Assembly (NCBI GenBank): GCA_002269645.1
Contig: NIVC01001767.1
Location: forward strand, 1 to 64,000
Length of the DNA stretch: 64,000 nt
Direction of reading: 5' to 3'
Source: Macrostomum lignano
Lineage: Eukaryota
The notes beneath the pieces were generated by a model, which did not search any database, was not told where the DNA came from, and saw only the letters and a program-made list of their open reading frames with translations. Made by a program: the position numbers and the translations under genes. Positions within the stretch are counted from its first letter, which is position 1, and each line of letters opens with the position of its first letter. Of this stretch, positions 1 through 9,649 are shown one piece after another.

Positions 1-639
1 TTTACAATTTAATTTCACCATTTTCGTAATATATCCGCCTCCTTCTATTTCCGAGTTGCTAATGCTACAGGAGATGGTGCTGACGCTGTTGGTTTTATGC
101 ATACTGTCATGAACGACCAACAAGTGAATTTGGAACTGGATTAACAACCGACGCCGGCTTGATAGTGTTTGCGAGTGAATGGCATGACAGAGTTGGGGTT
201 CTTTGGAGTAATAAAAAATCAGACGGACAACAGTTCGTAATGATGTTCTTAATGACGCGATCAAACGATAACTTATGCAAATATTGATAATGGCGATTGG
301 CATTTATTTGAAATTAATATTTTTAAATCAAAGAGTTTGGTATCAATTAAGATCATACAATGTTTCAACCAAAGTTTATACACTAATTGGCAAAACTTTT
401 TTACATATGATAGCGGAACTTGGGGAGAGTTGGATAAAACAGGAACTTATGGGTTTGGTGCTCGAACTGGAGATCGGATGCCTGCACATTTTATTCGTGG
501 TGCCGCCGTTTGTGGTAGCACATCAGCAGGCTATGATTTTGCTGCGACCGCATATTTGGAACAACCACCCACACAGATCAGCAATGCTGCGACCCTACGG
601 GGCGATCGCCTAAGGCGCGGACTTCGTCCGATCAGTTAA
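1..639 (+). CDS. 3' part of a Polinton protein with an L-type (legume/ConA-like) lectin-like domain; two compensating frameshifts (~130, ~265)
   Basis: Stitched frames read FRVANATGDGADAVGF...IVFASEWHDRVGVLWSN...NIDNGDWHLFEINI...YGFGARTGDRMPAHFIRG, which parallels the L-lectin motifs GADG-x-AF, DG-x-WH and GF-x-A-x-TG...H-x-I. Stop at 637-639. Confidence 0.6.
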
Positions 640-654
640 ATATTTCTATATAAA

Positions 655-861
655 ATGGCTTTTAGTAGAACTCCATCGATGCGGCAAAATAATGTTATTA
701 TTCCTATTCCTAAACAAGAATCAAATATAAAAACATTCAAATCTCATACCAAATTTTTATTTAGTACTGTAAATGTTCAGGATAATAAGAAGCTTCAAGA
801 ATTAATTAAGTTATTAAAAAATCATATTATACTTCAAGAGTTTTTGGAAAATAGGATTTAA
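655..861 (+). CDS. small hypothetical Polinton protein (68 aa)
   Basis: ATG-initiated ORF packed tightly between neighbours (next ATG at 862); no recognisable motif. Confidence 0.45.
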   Translation: MAFSRTPSMRQNNVIIPIPKQESNIKTFKSHTKFLFSTVNVQDNKKLQELIKLLKNHIILQEFLENRI

Positions 862-1601
862 ATGGGAGAAAAAAGAAAGAATCACTCCAATACAATACCT
901 ATTGAGCTCGGGACAAATCCCCAAAGAGCGCGGGAATTCATTTGGTGCTATTAAAAATAGACGAGAATGTCGGTATCTGAAGCAGATAAATGGGAACGCG
1001 ACCGGTTCAACCAACGTAAAGGTCAGATGTTAAGTAATGTTGATCGTATTAACTATGATTATGATTTATATACTAAAAAAGTAAGAAGAGTTTCAAACCA
1101 TATAAGAAATATGGACTTTTTCAATATTGGATTTGGAAGCTTATCAATGTTATGTGTAATCGTTTAGGTATTTTACAATCTATTCCAACTCTTAATTTAT
1201 CTCAATTATTTTTAGGTATTTCAATTGGCTCAATATCAGTTTTGAATTGATCAGAAACTTATCAATACTTTTAGCAATTAAATTATATCTTAAAAAGAAA
1301 GGAAAAAATATAAATCATTAAGAGATTTGCCAAGCAATATAAAAATCAGTTATATTTATATGTGCAAAAAATATTGGATGACGGAGAGATAACGATTCAT
1401 GAATTATCAACCGCGGTTGAGTTATATGAAAAATATTTAAAAGATAGAAATAGAATTTTAGATGTTGAAACTTTTACCGATATGGAATTAAAAGAGTTGA
1501 GACTCGATAAACCCAAAGCTCCACCGATAGAAACATTAGGCATTACGAACCTGAAACTATTGCTACTGGGGCACAAAGCCCGCGGTCGGGAAGTGCGGTA
1601 G
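862..1601 (+). pseudogene. frameshifted Polinton protein with a central hydrophobic hairpin followed by a basic stretch and a 'LDDGEIT' motif
   Basis: ORF pieces 967-1167 (…MDFFNIGFGSLSMLCVIV) and 1362-1601 (KILDDGEITIHEL) are bridged by out-of-frame hydrophobic sequence. The layout matches a recurrent Polinton ORF family I recognise (not database-verified). Confidence 0.55.
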
Positions 1602-1614
1602 AACTTCAGGTTGT

Positions 1615-1962
1615 TTAGTTTTCTAATGCATATGTTATATATTCTTCCCAAAGTGGTAACTCTTCTGATCCTAGGTTTAAATTTTTATCAATACATAAAA
1701 ATTCCAATGACTTTTTCAGTAACATTTCGTTAGGTATGTTACCTATCCTTATAAACTTTGTATTCTCTCGAATAAGAAAATTGAAATAATATCCAACTAA
1801 AATTAAAATCCTTTCGGAGTCTTTCGAACTTAATCCCTTTCCTTTATTTAAATGGAAAAAGTTATTATATAAATAAACATTATTTCCGGGAATTAAAATT
1901 GGATCAGAAATGTCTCTTGTAAGATTTCTTAAAATTGTATTTTTAAAATAGTATATGAGTTT
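1615..1962 (-). CDS. hypothetical Polinton protein; stop-to-stop open frame of ~115 codons absent from the ORF track (start probably frameshifted)
   Basis: Manual translation KNTILRNLTRDISDPILIPGNNVYLYNNFFHLNKGKG...LWEEYITYALEN*; the nearest ATG (1964-1966) is out of frame. Confidence 0.5.
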   Translation of the reverse strand, partial: KLIYYFKNTILRNLTRDISDPILIPGNNVYLYNNFFHLNKGKGLSSKDSERILILVGYYFNFLIRENTKFIRIGNIPNEMLLKKSLEFLCIDKNLNLGSEELPLWEEYITYALEN

Positions 1963-2115
1963 TCATCTTTTTTGTTTTTTCAAATTGATATATTTTAGAA
2001 CATGAATAACACATATGATATATATCTCCGTTTGCTGTTTGCCCTCTGTGCATAGTCACATTACATTATTACATTCGTAAATGTCTTTCATTTTTTGTTA
2101 TTTTTTAGATTAAAA

Positions 2116-2448
2116 ATGGAGAGCTGGTTCAAAACCGATTCTAATGTGATTAATTATCTCACACCCAATATGTTGGAGAATAAAGAATATAATATTATAT
2201 GTTTGAGACAGGTTAAATTTATTGGGCTTCAATCAATATTTTTACAATTAGATGGGCAAAAAATTTTATGTCTAAGCGGAGATGATGTTAAAAATTTTCC
2301 TGTTTTAGTTATTAATAAACCTAAAGCGTTTGTTATGAAATACTGCAACGAGGGTGGATTGCAATTTAAACTAAAACAAACAAATAATAAAAAGAGTGAT
2401 AGGACTGTAAAATTGGCGGCTGTTTGGGAGGATGACGACGAAGACTAA
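2116..2448 (+). CDS. Polinton hypothetical protein with acidic C-terminal tail (candidate ssDNA-binding protein)
   Basis: 110-aa ORF from ATG 2116; beta-strand-like alternating pattern; ends WEDDDED. Confidence 0.55.
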   Translation: MESWFKTDSNVINYLTPNMLENKEYNIICLRQVKFIGLQSIFLQLDGQKILCLSGDDVKNFPVLVINKPKAFVMKYCNEGGLQFKLKQTNNKKSDRTVKLAAVWEDDDED

Positions 2449-2753
2449 ATTTTTTATAAGAAAATGGATAATTTAAAAATGGATAGCTGGTGCAACGGTT
2501 CTCCACCGTCAAGAGGTGCCAAGCGGGCGGCCTTCCGGCCGGCAAAGAGAGAACCGGGGGGGGGGAGAGGCCCTCGAACATAGTGTAAAAACTATGTTTC
2601 GGGGGCAAACCTTCCCCTATCAGAGTGGCTCTGGACCGACCACCCAGAGCACCTCCCTAAACAATATCAAGGTCAAAAACCCGATGGGAAACCATTCGGG
2701 TAATCCACGCCTACCGGCGACAAAAGGATAACAAGACAAGACAAGACAAGAAA

Positions 2754-3134
2754 ATGGATACGATAAAAATCCTTATCACTAAAGAGCGTGAACTTAATGA
2801 TATTAATAAAAAAATAAATATAATTATATCTCAGAAATATCATGAGTATGGGGACGATATGTTTCCCATCCGATATGAAATGGATAAAAGAAAACGTTTT
2901 ATTAAATCTGCAATTGCTTATGCTGAAACAGTAATTGAAATCGAAATAGATAGGTTGGTTAGAAAAATAAAAAAACTTAGGAAAAAAATAAAGGATTGTT
3001 TAAGTTACCCTGACGACTGCGAGGAAAATTGGCCTTCAATATTATATGAAATCGAAATGGATATTATGCTTAAACAATTACATGCTTTAGTTTTTTTCCG
3101 CCCCGAAGGGTCGCGGATTTTATCCGATAAGTAA
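2754..3134 (+). CDS. Polinton hypothetical, predicted helical/coiled-coil protein (126 aa)
   Basis: ATG-initiated, K/E/I-rich; converges on the PolB 3' end. Confidence 0.55.
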   Translation: MDTIKILITKERELNDINKKINIIISQKYHEYGDDMFPIRYEMDKRKRFIKSAIAYAETVIEIEIDRLVRKIKKLRKKIKDCLSYPDDCEENWPSILYEIEMDIMLKQLHALVFFRPEGSRILSDK

Positions 3135-3326
3135 TTTTTCTGTTAATCTCTTCCAGTTATTCAAGACTTTTTCCTTATTTAATTTTTTAAGTTCTTTTGG
3201 AAATGTTGAATAATAATTATCTATATCTTTTTCATATTCTAGAAATGTATTATATTCACAATCACATTCGATTCACAATCACAATCGTAATAATAATTAT
3301 TTATTGCCGCTTTGTATTCATTATAT

Positions 3327-6300
3327 TTACTTATTATATCTTCTTTTTGTTTTATCTTTTATCATATTTTTTATCTCTTCTTTTAAACCATATGGATATG
3401 TTTTAATTTTATCATCTAAATATCTTTTATCATCAAATGGACTTAATGTTTTTTTATCTGTCTCGATGACAAACATCTGATGCTTATCTGAATTTAATCG
3501 ATATTGTGGAGCATGATAATTTTCAATTGTATTAAGGTAATCTAAAAGTACGTTTTTATAATCATCAAATGTTATCTTTTTAACTGCTGCCTTGATACCC
3601 CTTTTATTTTTTTTACCTCTCCCTCCTGTCCTAAAACTTTAAATGCATAGCATTTTGATCTTATTGCTATAAACTCGGTTATGATTTTGCTATTTAATTC
3701 ATCTTTCATTTTAAGTACAACTTTTTATTTTGATCTGATTTTAAAGGATGGTTATCCGGATAGTCGGAGGTATCCAATGTATCCTTAATTTTTTCCATAT
3801 CTTTATAGACATCGAACCTTTGGTTCGCGGCTTTGCCCGATCTCTGTTTCAACCTTAAATACCAAACTGTCGGTGTCTGCATATATTGGATAGTTATCTG
3901 GCCATGTTTTATTTATAACATCATAATAATATTCATACATTACCAGCTTTGCATAATCTAAAACAACCATTCCAATAAATATTGGTTTAAGAAATTTTGT
4001 TGTTTTATTTCTCATATGAATACCCATAAAGTTATCATCAAATTTTATAAAGTCTTTAAAGTTAGGTTTTGAGAAATATTTCTTTGCTTTATCAATATCC
4101 TTTTCTAAATGGAATTGGGTTCTATCTCTAATATTTTCAACCGTTTTTCCATAAAAAGCATTATTCATTAATTTCCAATAATCTTTCTCAAATTTGTTTT
4201 TGACATCTGTCTCTGATTTGAATTAAATCAATATATTTAGCTAACCAATCTTCCTCAATAAACGATATTGTTCGATGTACTTTAGACACTTTTAATCCCT
4301 GCTTTTCATAAAATTGTAGAAGCTTATAATGCACTACATAGTTTTTCTTATCATGTAAATTTAATATTAATTTTTTTGTTGCTAGATGTTTTGCATTATC
4401 TACTTTAAGATAATCTTTTTGTGTTTGTGATAAATCATCTTCATTAACTGAACAATGCTCTGGAGCTAAAGGATATTTATATGTTTTTGCTTTTGCTTCC
4501 CGAGTATATTGCAAATCCACCTCTACAATACAGCCCCTTCCTTCGGGAATATTTTTGTAATAATCGGGTCATCTTCCCATTGGAAATCAGCTATTGGTAA
4601 TTTTTGTTTCATACAACCACCGTATAAATTGTTTGCATCTAGATATAATACATATGATGATTTTTCTTTTTTATTATAATTTGGTAGATATTTATTATTT
4701 ACTTTAGTATATCTATCTCCTAGTACACCCGAGAATCCGCCGCGAATTCCTCTCTCAATCATTAACAACATATCATGATCAGTTAGTAAATCAATCTTAA
4801 CATCTGTATGTTTCAAACCACAAGCCCATGTTAATCCCGGTGCACTGAAACAATATGCGGGATCAATTTTAAAATTCTCATATGTATGATTCCTAAAGTT
4901 TTCAAATGCATCAGCTAATAGGAGAACATCTGCTTTAAGATATAGATTATGATAATCTTTAAATGTTTTACAATTAAAGTATTTCCATACTTTTTGAGCG
5001 TGTTCATAATCCGATTCACTTATATTTGATTGTGATAATGTTGGAATAAAACTTTTTATGGGCGTAATTCGGTATGAAAAAATACGTCTTCAGATGTTAC
5101 ATATTCATATGGATAGATGCCCTTACGAGTTAATAGCATTAGTTCTTCCTCGGATAGTTTTTCTTTTTTGAAACGATTCAATAGTATTGGAAAGTTTTTC
5201 TTTACTATTTCTAAATCCCATGGTTTTGGAACTAATGATGAAACAACATTTGCTAAAGATGTTGATAAGAATCTCAAGGAATCTAGAAAAACTAGATGGG
5301 AGTATTTCTTACCATATGTTATTGATATGTAATTTTCTGATGTTTTAGGTAATATATTTATTTCATATTCATCCTTTCCTAAATGAAGCAATTCTCGAAC
5401 TAAGAAATGAAAATCATATCCGGAACCATTATGAAAAAATACTGGTATTTCCTTACATCCTTTTCCTTCTTTTGCATTACATGATCTACATGCTGCCCCT
5501 CGATAATTTCCTGTTAGATGACAATGTTCTCGTATCTTATTATTCTTACTTAAATGTCTTTTGCACATAAAACAATTTGTTGCATTTTTATAATTGTCTC
5601 TATCCTTATTTGTCATATTAATATTTTTTGATAATTTATCATATTGATTTTGAATATATTCAAATACATTTACTAATGATTCTGCCATGTGCTTAGCTGC
5701 ATCATTACCGTGGTAAGTAATCATCCTTGATTTAAATATATGATCAGCTACAGAGTGTACATATATACAATAACTATTCGGAAACTGTTGTGCCAATTTT
5801 TTGTGCATTCGTCCCGTAGGGTCGCGTGCTTTGCACGATCCCATCATCAGATGCCGTCTGTGATTCTTTTAAGGGAACATTTGTTGCTTCAAAATCAGCA
5901 TATATTACTATTGGTTTTTTAACTGCCATATAATGTTGTTGGAACTTTAGGGTTGCATCTTCAGATGCTGGCATTATAGCATTAGTAAATTTGTGATCTA
6001 AACAAAATCGTTGGTGGTTTTTAAGAGCTGTTTCATCCTTTTTAAATGTAAAACAATTTCTACATAGTGGATATCTATTTCTATTTTCTCTTAAAAAAGA
6101 ACTAATATCTTTTATGTATATATAATGTGTTTCATTTTCGCGCTGCATGTACAAAAGATCGATTTGATCTGGTGCTGTTATATCAGTTGCTGGCTTAACA
6201 AGATAACACCTTTTCTTATACCATTCTGGATCGGTTAAATTTCTTCTAGATCTTTTGGTTCTTCAATTGTAAACACATTAATATTTAAACCATTCATTTT

Positions 6301-7085
6301 TTCAATCTTATATATATCATCTATTGCTACTGGGTATGATATGTTTTTCATTATTATTTCATCCTCATATTGTCTATAATTATATATTTTATTAATGTGT
6401 GATTCTACTTGATTGTGATATTTATGAATTAATAAACACCATAATAAACATTTATTATCTTTATTGTCTGGATTTATAATCATAGGTGATTTAAATTTGA
6501 GCTTCATATGTGATCGTCCTTTAAGAATTTCAATAGGCAATCTTTACTATTGCTGAATTACAGGATACAAATATAAACCCAGATCCGTTTTCTGTCATCT
6601 TATCTATCCATTCATCAAACTCAGCTTCTATTTGATCGAATTGATTGTTGTAATTTCCCATTGATAATAATGTTTTATATGATTCTTGTGAAAAGTTATT
6701 TATTACTTCAATTTCTGAATTTGCATTAAGAATATTTGGTTTTTTAAATTCTGTTTCAACTTCTATTTTATACTTAATTGGCTGTCGTTTGTTATTTGGC
6801 CTTATAGTATAATTGATTAATATGGTCTTTAATTTATCTTTCATTTGTTTAAAATATTCTTTATAATTTGTATTTATATCTATATCTATATATATTACTT
6901 CAGCTCCATTTTGTCCTTGTGGTTGGGTTATCAATATCATTTAATTGTCTTTCTAAACGTATCTCATTTTCTGCCCTAATTCTTGCTTCTATTTCAGCCC
7001 TATCGGCAATTCGTTGTGCTTCGATTTGAGCTATTAATTGTGCTCTAAGTTCAGGGTTGTCGATTTGAGCTAAAATTGCTTCCAT
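3327..7085 (-). pseudogene. polB: protein-primed family B DNA polymerase (pPolB) with N-terminal extension and endonuclease-VII-like Zn motif; many frameshifts
   Basis: Motifs in order across ORF fragments: INPDNKDNKCLLW, YADFEA (ExoI), CFMC...EHCHLTGNYRGAACRSCN, FFHNGSGYDFHF (ExoII), YLKADVLLLAD (ExoIII), YLDANNLYG (motif A), NNAFYGK (motif B), YADTDS (motif C), LSPFDDKRY. Stop at 3327-3329. Inclusion of 6900-7085 as the N-terminus is inferred. Confidence 0.93.
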
Positions 7086-7168
7086 TTTATAGAAAAAATT
7101 TATATAATGTTTGAATTATTGATTTTTTAATTTTGCGTTTTTGGTGTCCAGACCCTCCCCCCAGGAGC

Positions 7169-8162
7169 CTATTCGAGATCTGCTTTTGGTAATAGCAATC
7201 CATTGCCCATAACGTTTGAATTTAAGAAAATTCCTGAACCTGCTTTTGGTCGCATTTCGAGATATAATCCGCTTCCGTCGTGTTTTTCAATGATATTAAA
7301 ATCTTTTCCTAACTTAGTAAAAATCTTCTGAACAGCGGTCTAAAATTGGATCCAATATTGTCAAAAAATCCTTTAGCTTTCTCACCCGTTTTTTCTAAAG
7401 TTTGGCCAAATTCATGTAGTTTATCTGCGACAACTCCGCTTCCTTGGGTTGTTCCTTTTAGTACCAAACCATTCCCGTGATTTGTTCCTTGCAAGAGTAA
7501 ACCTTTTCCAGCTGATAACCTAGCTTCTGCATTTCTTTTTTGCTCGGCTGTTGCTGAACTACTATTAATTGTATCGATAAGTTTTTGTTTAAATTGTGCG
7601 TCCTGCGTTATTTGCTGTCTTTGAAATTCGGCCTCTCTTTTAGCTTTTTCGTCCGCAGCTTTTTTGTCATTTACTGCTTTTGCAATTGCAGCTGCTCCGC
7701 CAGCAACTCCTCCAGCTGCTCCAATTCCTGCAAAAATTATTGGGAGCAAAGCTGCAAGGGGTAAGATTCCCCCTGTTTCGCTCTTAACTCTCCTAGCTGT
7801 TTTACATTATCATGAATTCTTTTTCCGGCTAAACCGACTGCTCCAGCTGCGCCAAGTCCTAAAAGAAGCGGTAGAATGGGTAGTAATCCGCCGTCCTTTT
7901 TAGTGTGAGTCTCCATTAAAAATTTCACATCGGAGTCTGTCAACCTATAATTTCTGCCGCGATTCTTAAAGGATATTGGCCTTCCTTCTTGTGCATATTT
8001 TGCTGCGAGTTTAAATGTATCGATGTCGTAGTCAAACTTTTTACCTAATCGATCCAATCTTTTTAACATTGTGTGGGTTTGCTTATTATCATCAAGATTT
8101 AAGGTATCTACAATTTCTCCTATAAAATATAACCGGTTTTCATCATCATTAACTGAGTCCAT
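7169..8162 (-). CDS. Polinton virion core/membrane-active protein precursor, probably one ORF split by frameshifts near 7800 and 7320
   Basis: DGGLLPILPLLLGLGAAGAVG, then (other frame) ETGGILPLAALLPIIFAGIGAAGGVAGGAAAIAKAVNDKK, then six G-x-G-hydrophobic motifs (GKGLLL, GNGLVL, GSGVV, GSGLYL, GSGIFL, GNGLLL). Stop at 7169-7171. Confidence 0.7.
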
Positions 8163-8172
8163 TTTTATATTG

Positions 8173-8571
8173 TTAAAATTTCTTTAATCCTTTTCCACCT
8201 TTAATAGTATTTAACATTTTATTAAAATCCTGAATATCTTTATTACTTATTGGCGTGGTTTTCGTGGGGGTTTCTGTTGGTTGTGCGGCTTGTGCCAGCT
8301 TTAAATCTTTTATTGCATTTATTTGTGAGAGGGTGTCGTTAAAATCTCTCAATTTCTTTAGTTCTTCTGCCGCTCTAGCTGCTTCAATTCCTCCTTTTAC
8401 AGCATTTGTTATAGAGCCTGCTGCAGAGCCAGCTTGCCCTATAAGCCCCATATTGTCTTTAACAAAATTTGCTGCTGTTCCAACCAAATCAAAAAGTCCC
8501 TCACCTCGGTATTCAATTGGATCTCCTACCTGATACTCATTTATATTTTGCACATGTGTAACGTGTGTCAT
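8173..8571 (-). CDS. Polinton small protein with amphipathic helix (adenovirus pVI / cupiennin-like membrane-lytic candidate)
   Basis: MTHVTH...YRGEGLFDLVGTAANFVKDNMGLIGQAG...IKGGKGLKKF; intact 132-aa ORF from ATG 8571. Confidence 0.7.
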   Translation of the reverse strand: MTHVTHVQNINEYQVGDPIEYRGEGLFDLVGTAANFVKDNMGLIGQAGSAAGSITNAVKGGIEAARAAEELKKLRDFNDTLSQINAIKDLKLAQAAQPTETPTKTTPISNKDIQDFNKMLNTIKGGKGLKKF

Positions 8572-8966
8572 TTTTTGTTCTATTTTTAGTAACAGAAAAA
8601 AAGAATACGAGAACACACAAAAGAATATTTTTCAACCCAAGATGGTGTATATACTGCATTGAGTCATTTTTTTCTGGACGATTTGTTAAAAACTTATTCA
8701 TTGATGGTGGGCACCCCATTTTACTTGTGACGCGCGGAGCCTGTCTTCTTCTTCCTGAGAGATGAGCTAGAACTGGGTTGATGGCTGTGGTTTTTATAGA
8801 GTTGGATGGCTGAGTGGGCGTTCAATTCCTGCTACGGCAAGATTTTGCAAGCTAGCCAATAGTGGCTATGAGAGTAATTTTTTGTTGAGTGTTACTATTA
8901 CCATGACTCAGTTTAAACTCTTTTGTGACCCTTCGCGCCTGCGGCGCGGGCAAGGGGTTATAGAGT

Positions 8967-9233
8967 AGTAGTATAGAAAAAGACGCTTACAGATCAGACC
9001 TTATTTTAATGGCCGTTTTTAAGGTCTTAAGAGGGGGGACGCGAGGGGGGTGTTGGGGAGTGTTTGGAAGTGTTGGGAATGATTTTTATTGTTAGGGGTG
9101 ATTATGGGTGATTAGATGTATTAATGGTGTTTAGATGTGTTTTTTTATTTACCCCCCGTGTCCCCCCTCTAGACCCTTAAAACGGTCATTAAAAAAGTGC
9201 TCTGGGTCTAGAAGCGTCTTTTTATATACTACT
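8967..9233. repeat. Polinton terminal region built as an imperfect inverted repeat (~85-bp arms, both with AGTAGTAT outer ends)
   Basis: 8967 AGTAGTATAGAAAAAGACGCTT... versus ...AAGCGTCTTTTTATATACTACT 9233; arms roughly 80% alike by eye; GC hairpin at 8928-8958 just inside. Confidence 0.8.
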
Positions 9234-9649
9234 GGTGGCACCTCCTTGTTTGGCGAATCGGTTTTCGGTCTGCCAAGGCGATGCGGCTCCGGCTTCCAGG
9301 TGCCGAGTCCTTTGCCGATTGGACTTTCTCTGGCAATCTCACAGAGACAGCAGCTGCACTTCGGGTGGCCCCTTGTTTCCTTTGTCGGTACGACTTTTGA
9401 AAAATCAAAAGGGGCAGGAAGAGCTTCAGAAGTTCGATTCCCCCGTTCAATATCCAGCAGCAGACCCTGGCATCGAGCACACAGAGCAGCTGGGAGAAAC
9501 TCGTTCTTCAAATCGTAGTTTGCATAAAAGTACCGCTGGATGCGAGGTAGAGCTGCTTTGTCAATGCGCTGCATGCCTGACCCGCGCTTAAAGCACACAA
9601 GGCAGACCTTCAGCTGGTTCTCTTCGTGAGATTTTGAGTAGTTTGGCAT
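9234..9649 (-). pseudogene. N-terminal Zn-binding domain of a transposase (RAG1-CND/Chapaev-like), interrupted at 9233/9234
   Basis: MPNYSKSHEENQLKVCLVC...YDLKNEFLPAALCARC...CSCCLC...LGRPK; H-x7-C-x2-C pattern. After ...NKEVPP the reading continues into Polinton TIR sequence. Confidence 0.7.

Larger units (their letters stand above)
1..9233. mobile_element. Polinton/Maverick (adintovirus-like) element, right-hand portion; left part (expected capsid, ATPase, protease, integrase) lies upstream of the window
   Basis: AT-rich, intronless, densely packed ORFs including a protein-primed PolB and GG/GxG-motif small proteins. Ends in ...TATACTACT at 9233 (reverse complement AGTAGTATA, the typical Polinton terminus), where it interrupts an unrelated ORF. 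Confidence 0.9.

Noticed and set aside
8967-9233. Independent MITE insertion
   Set aside because: The flanks (TAGAGT / GGTGGC) form no target-site duplication.
1-9233. Bacteriophage or contaminant contig
   Set aside because: The pPolB subtype, AGTAGT terminus and clean junction into eukaryotic TE and satellite sequence fit an integrated Polinton.
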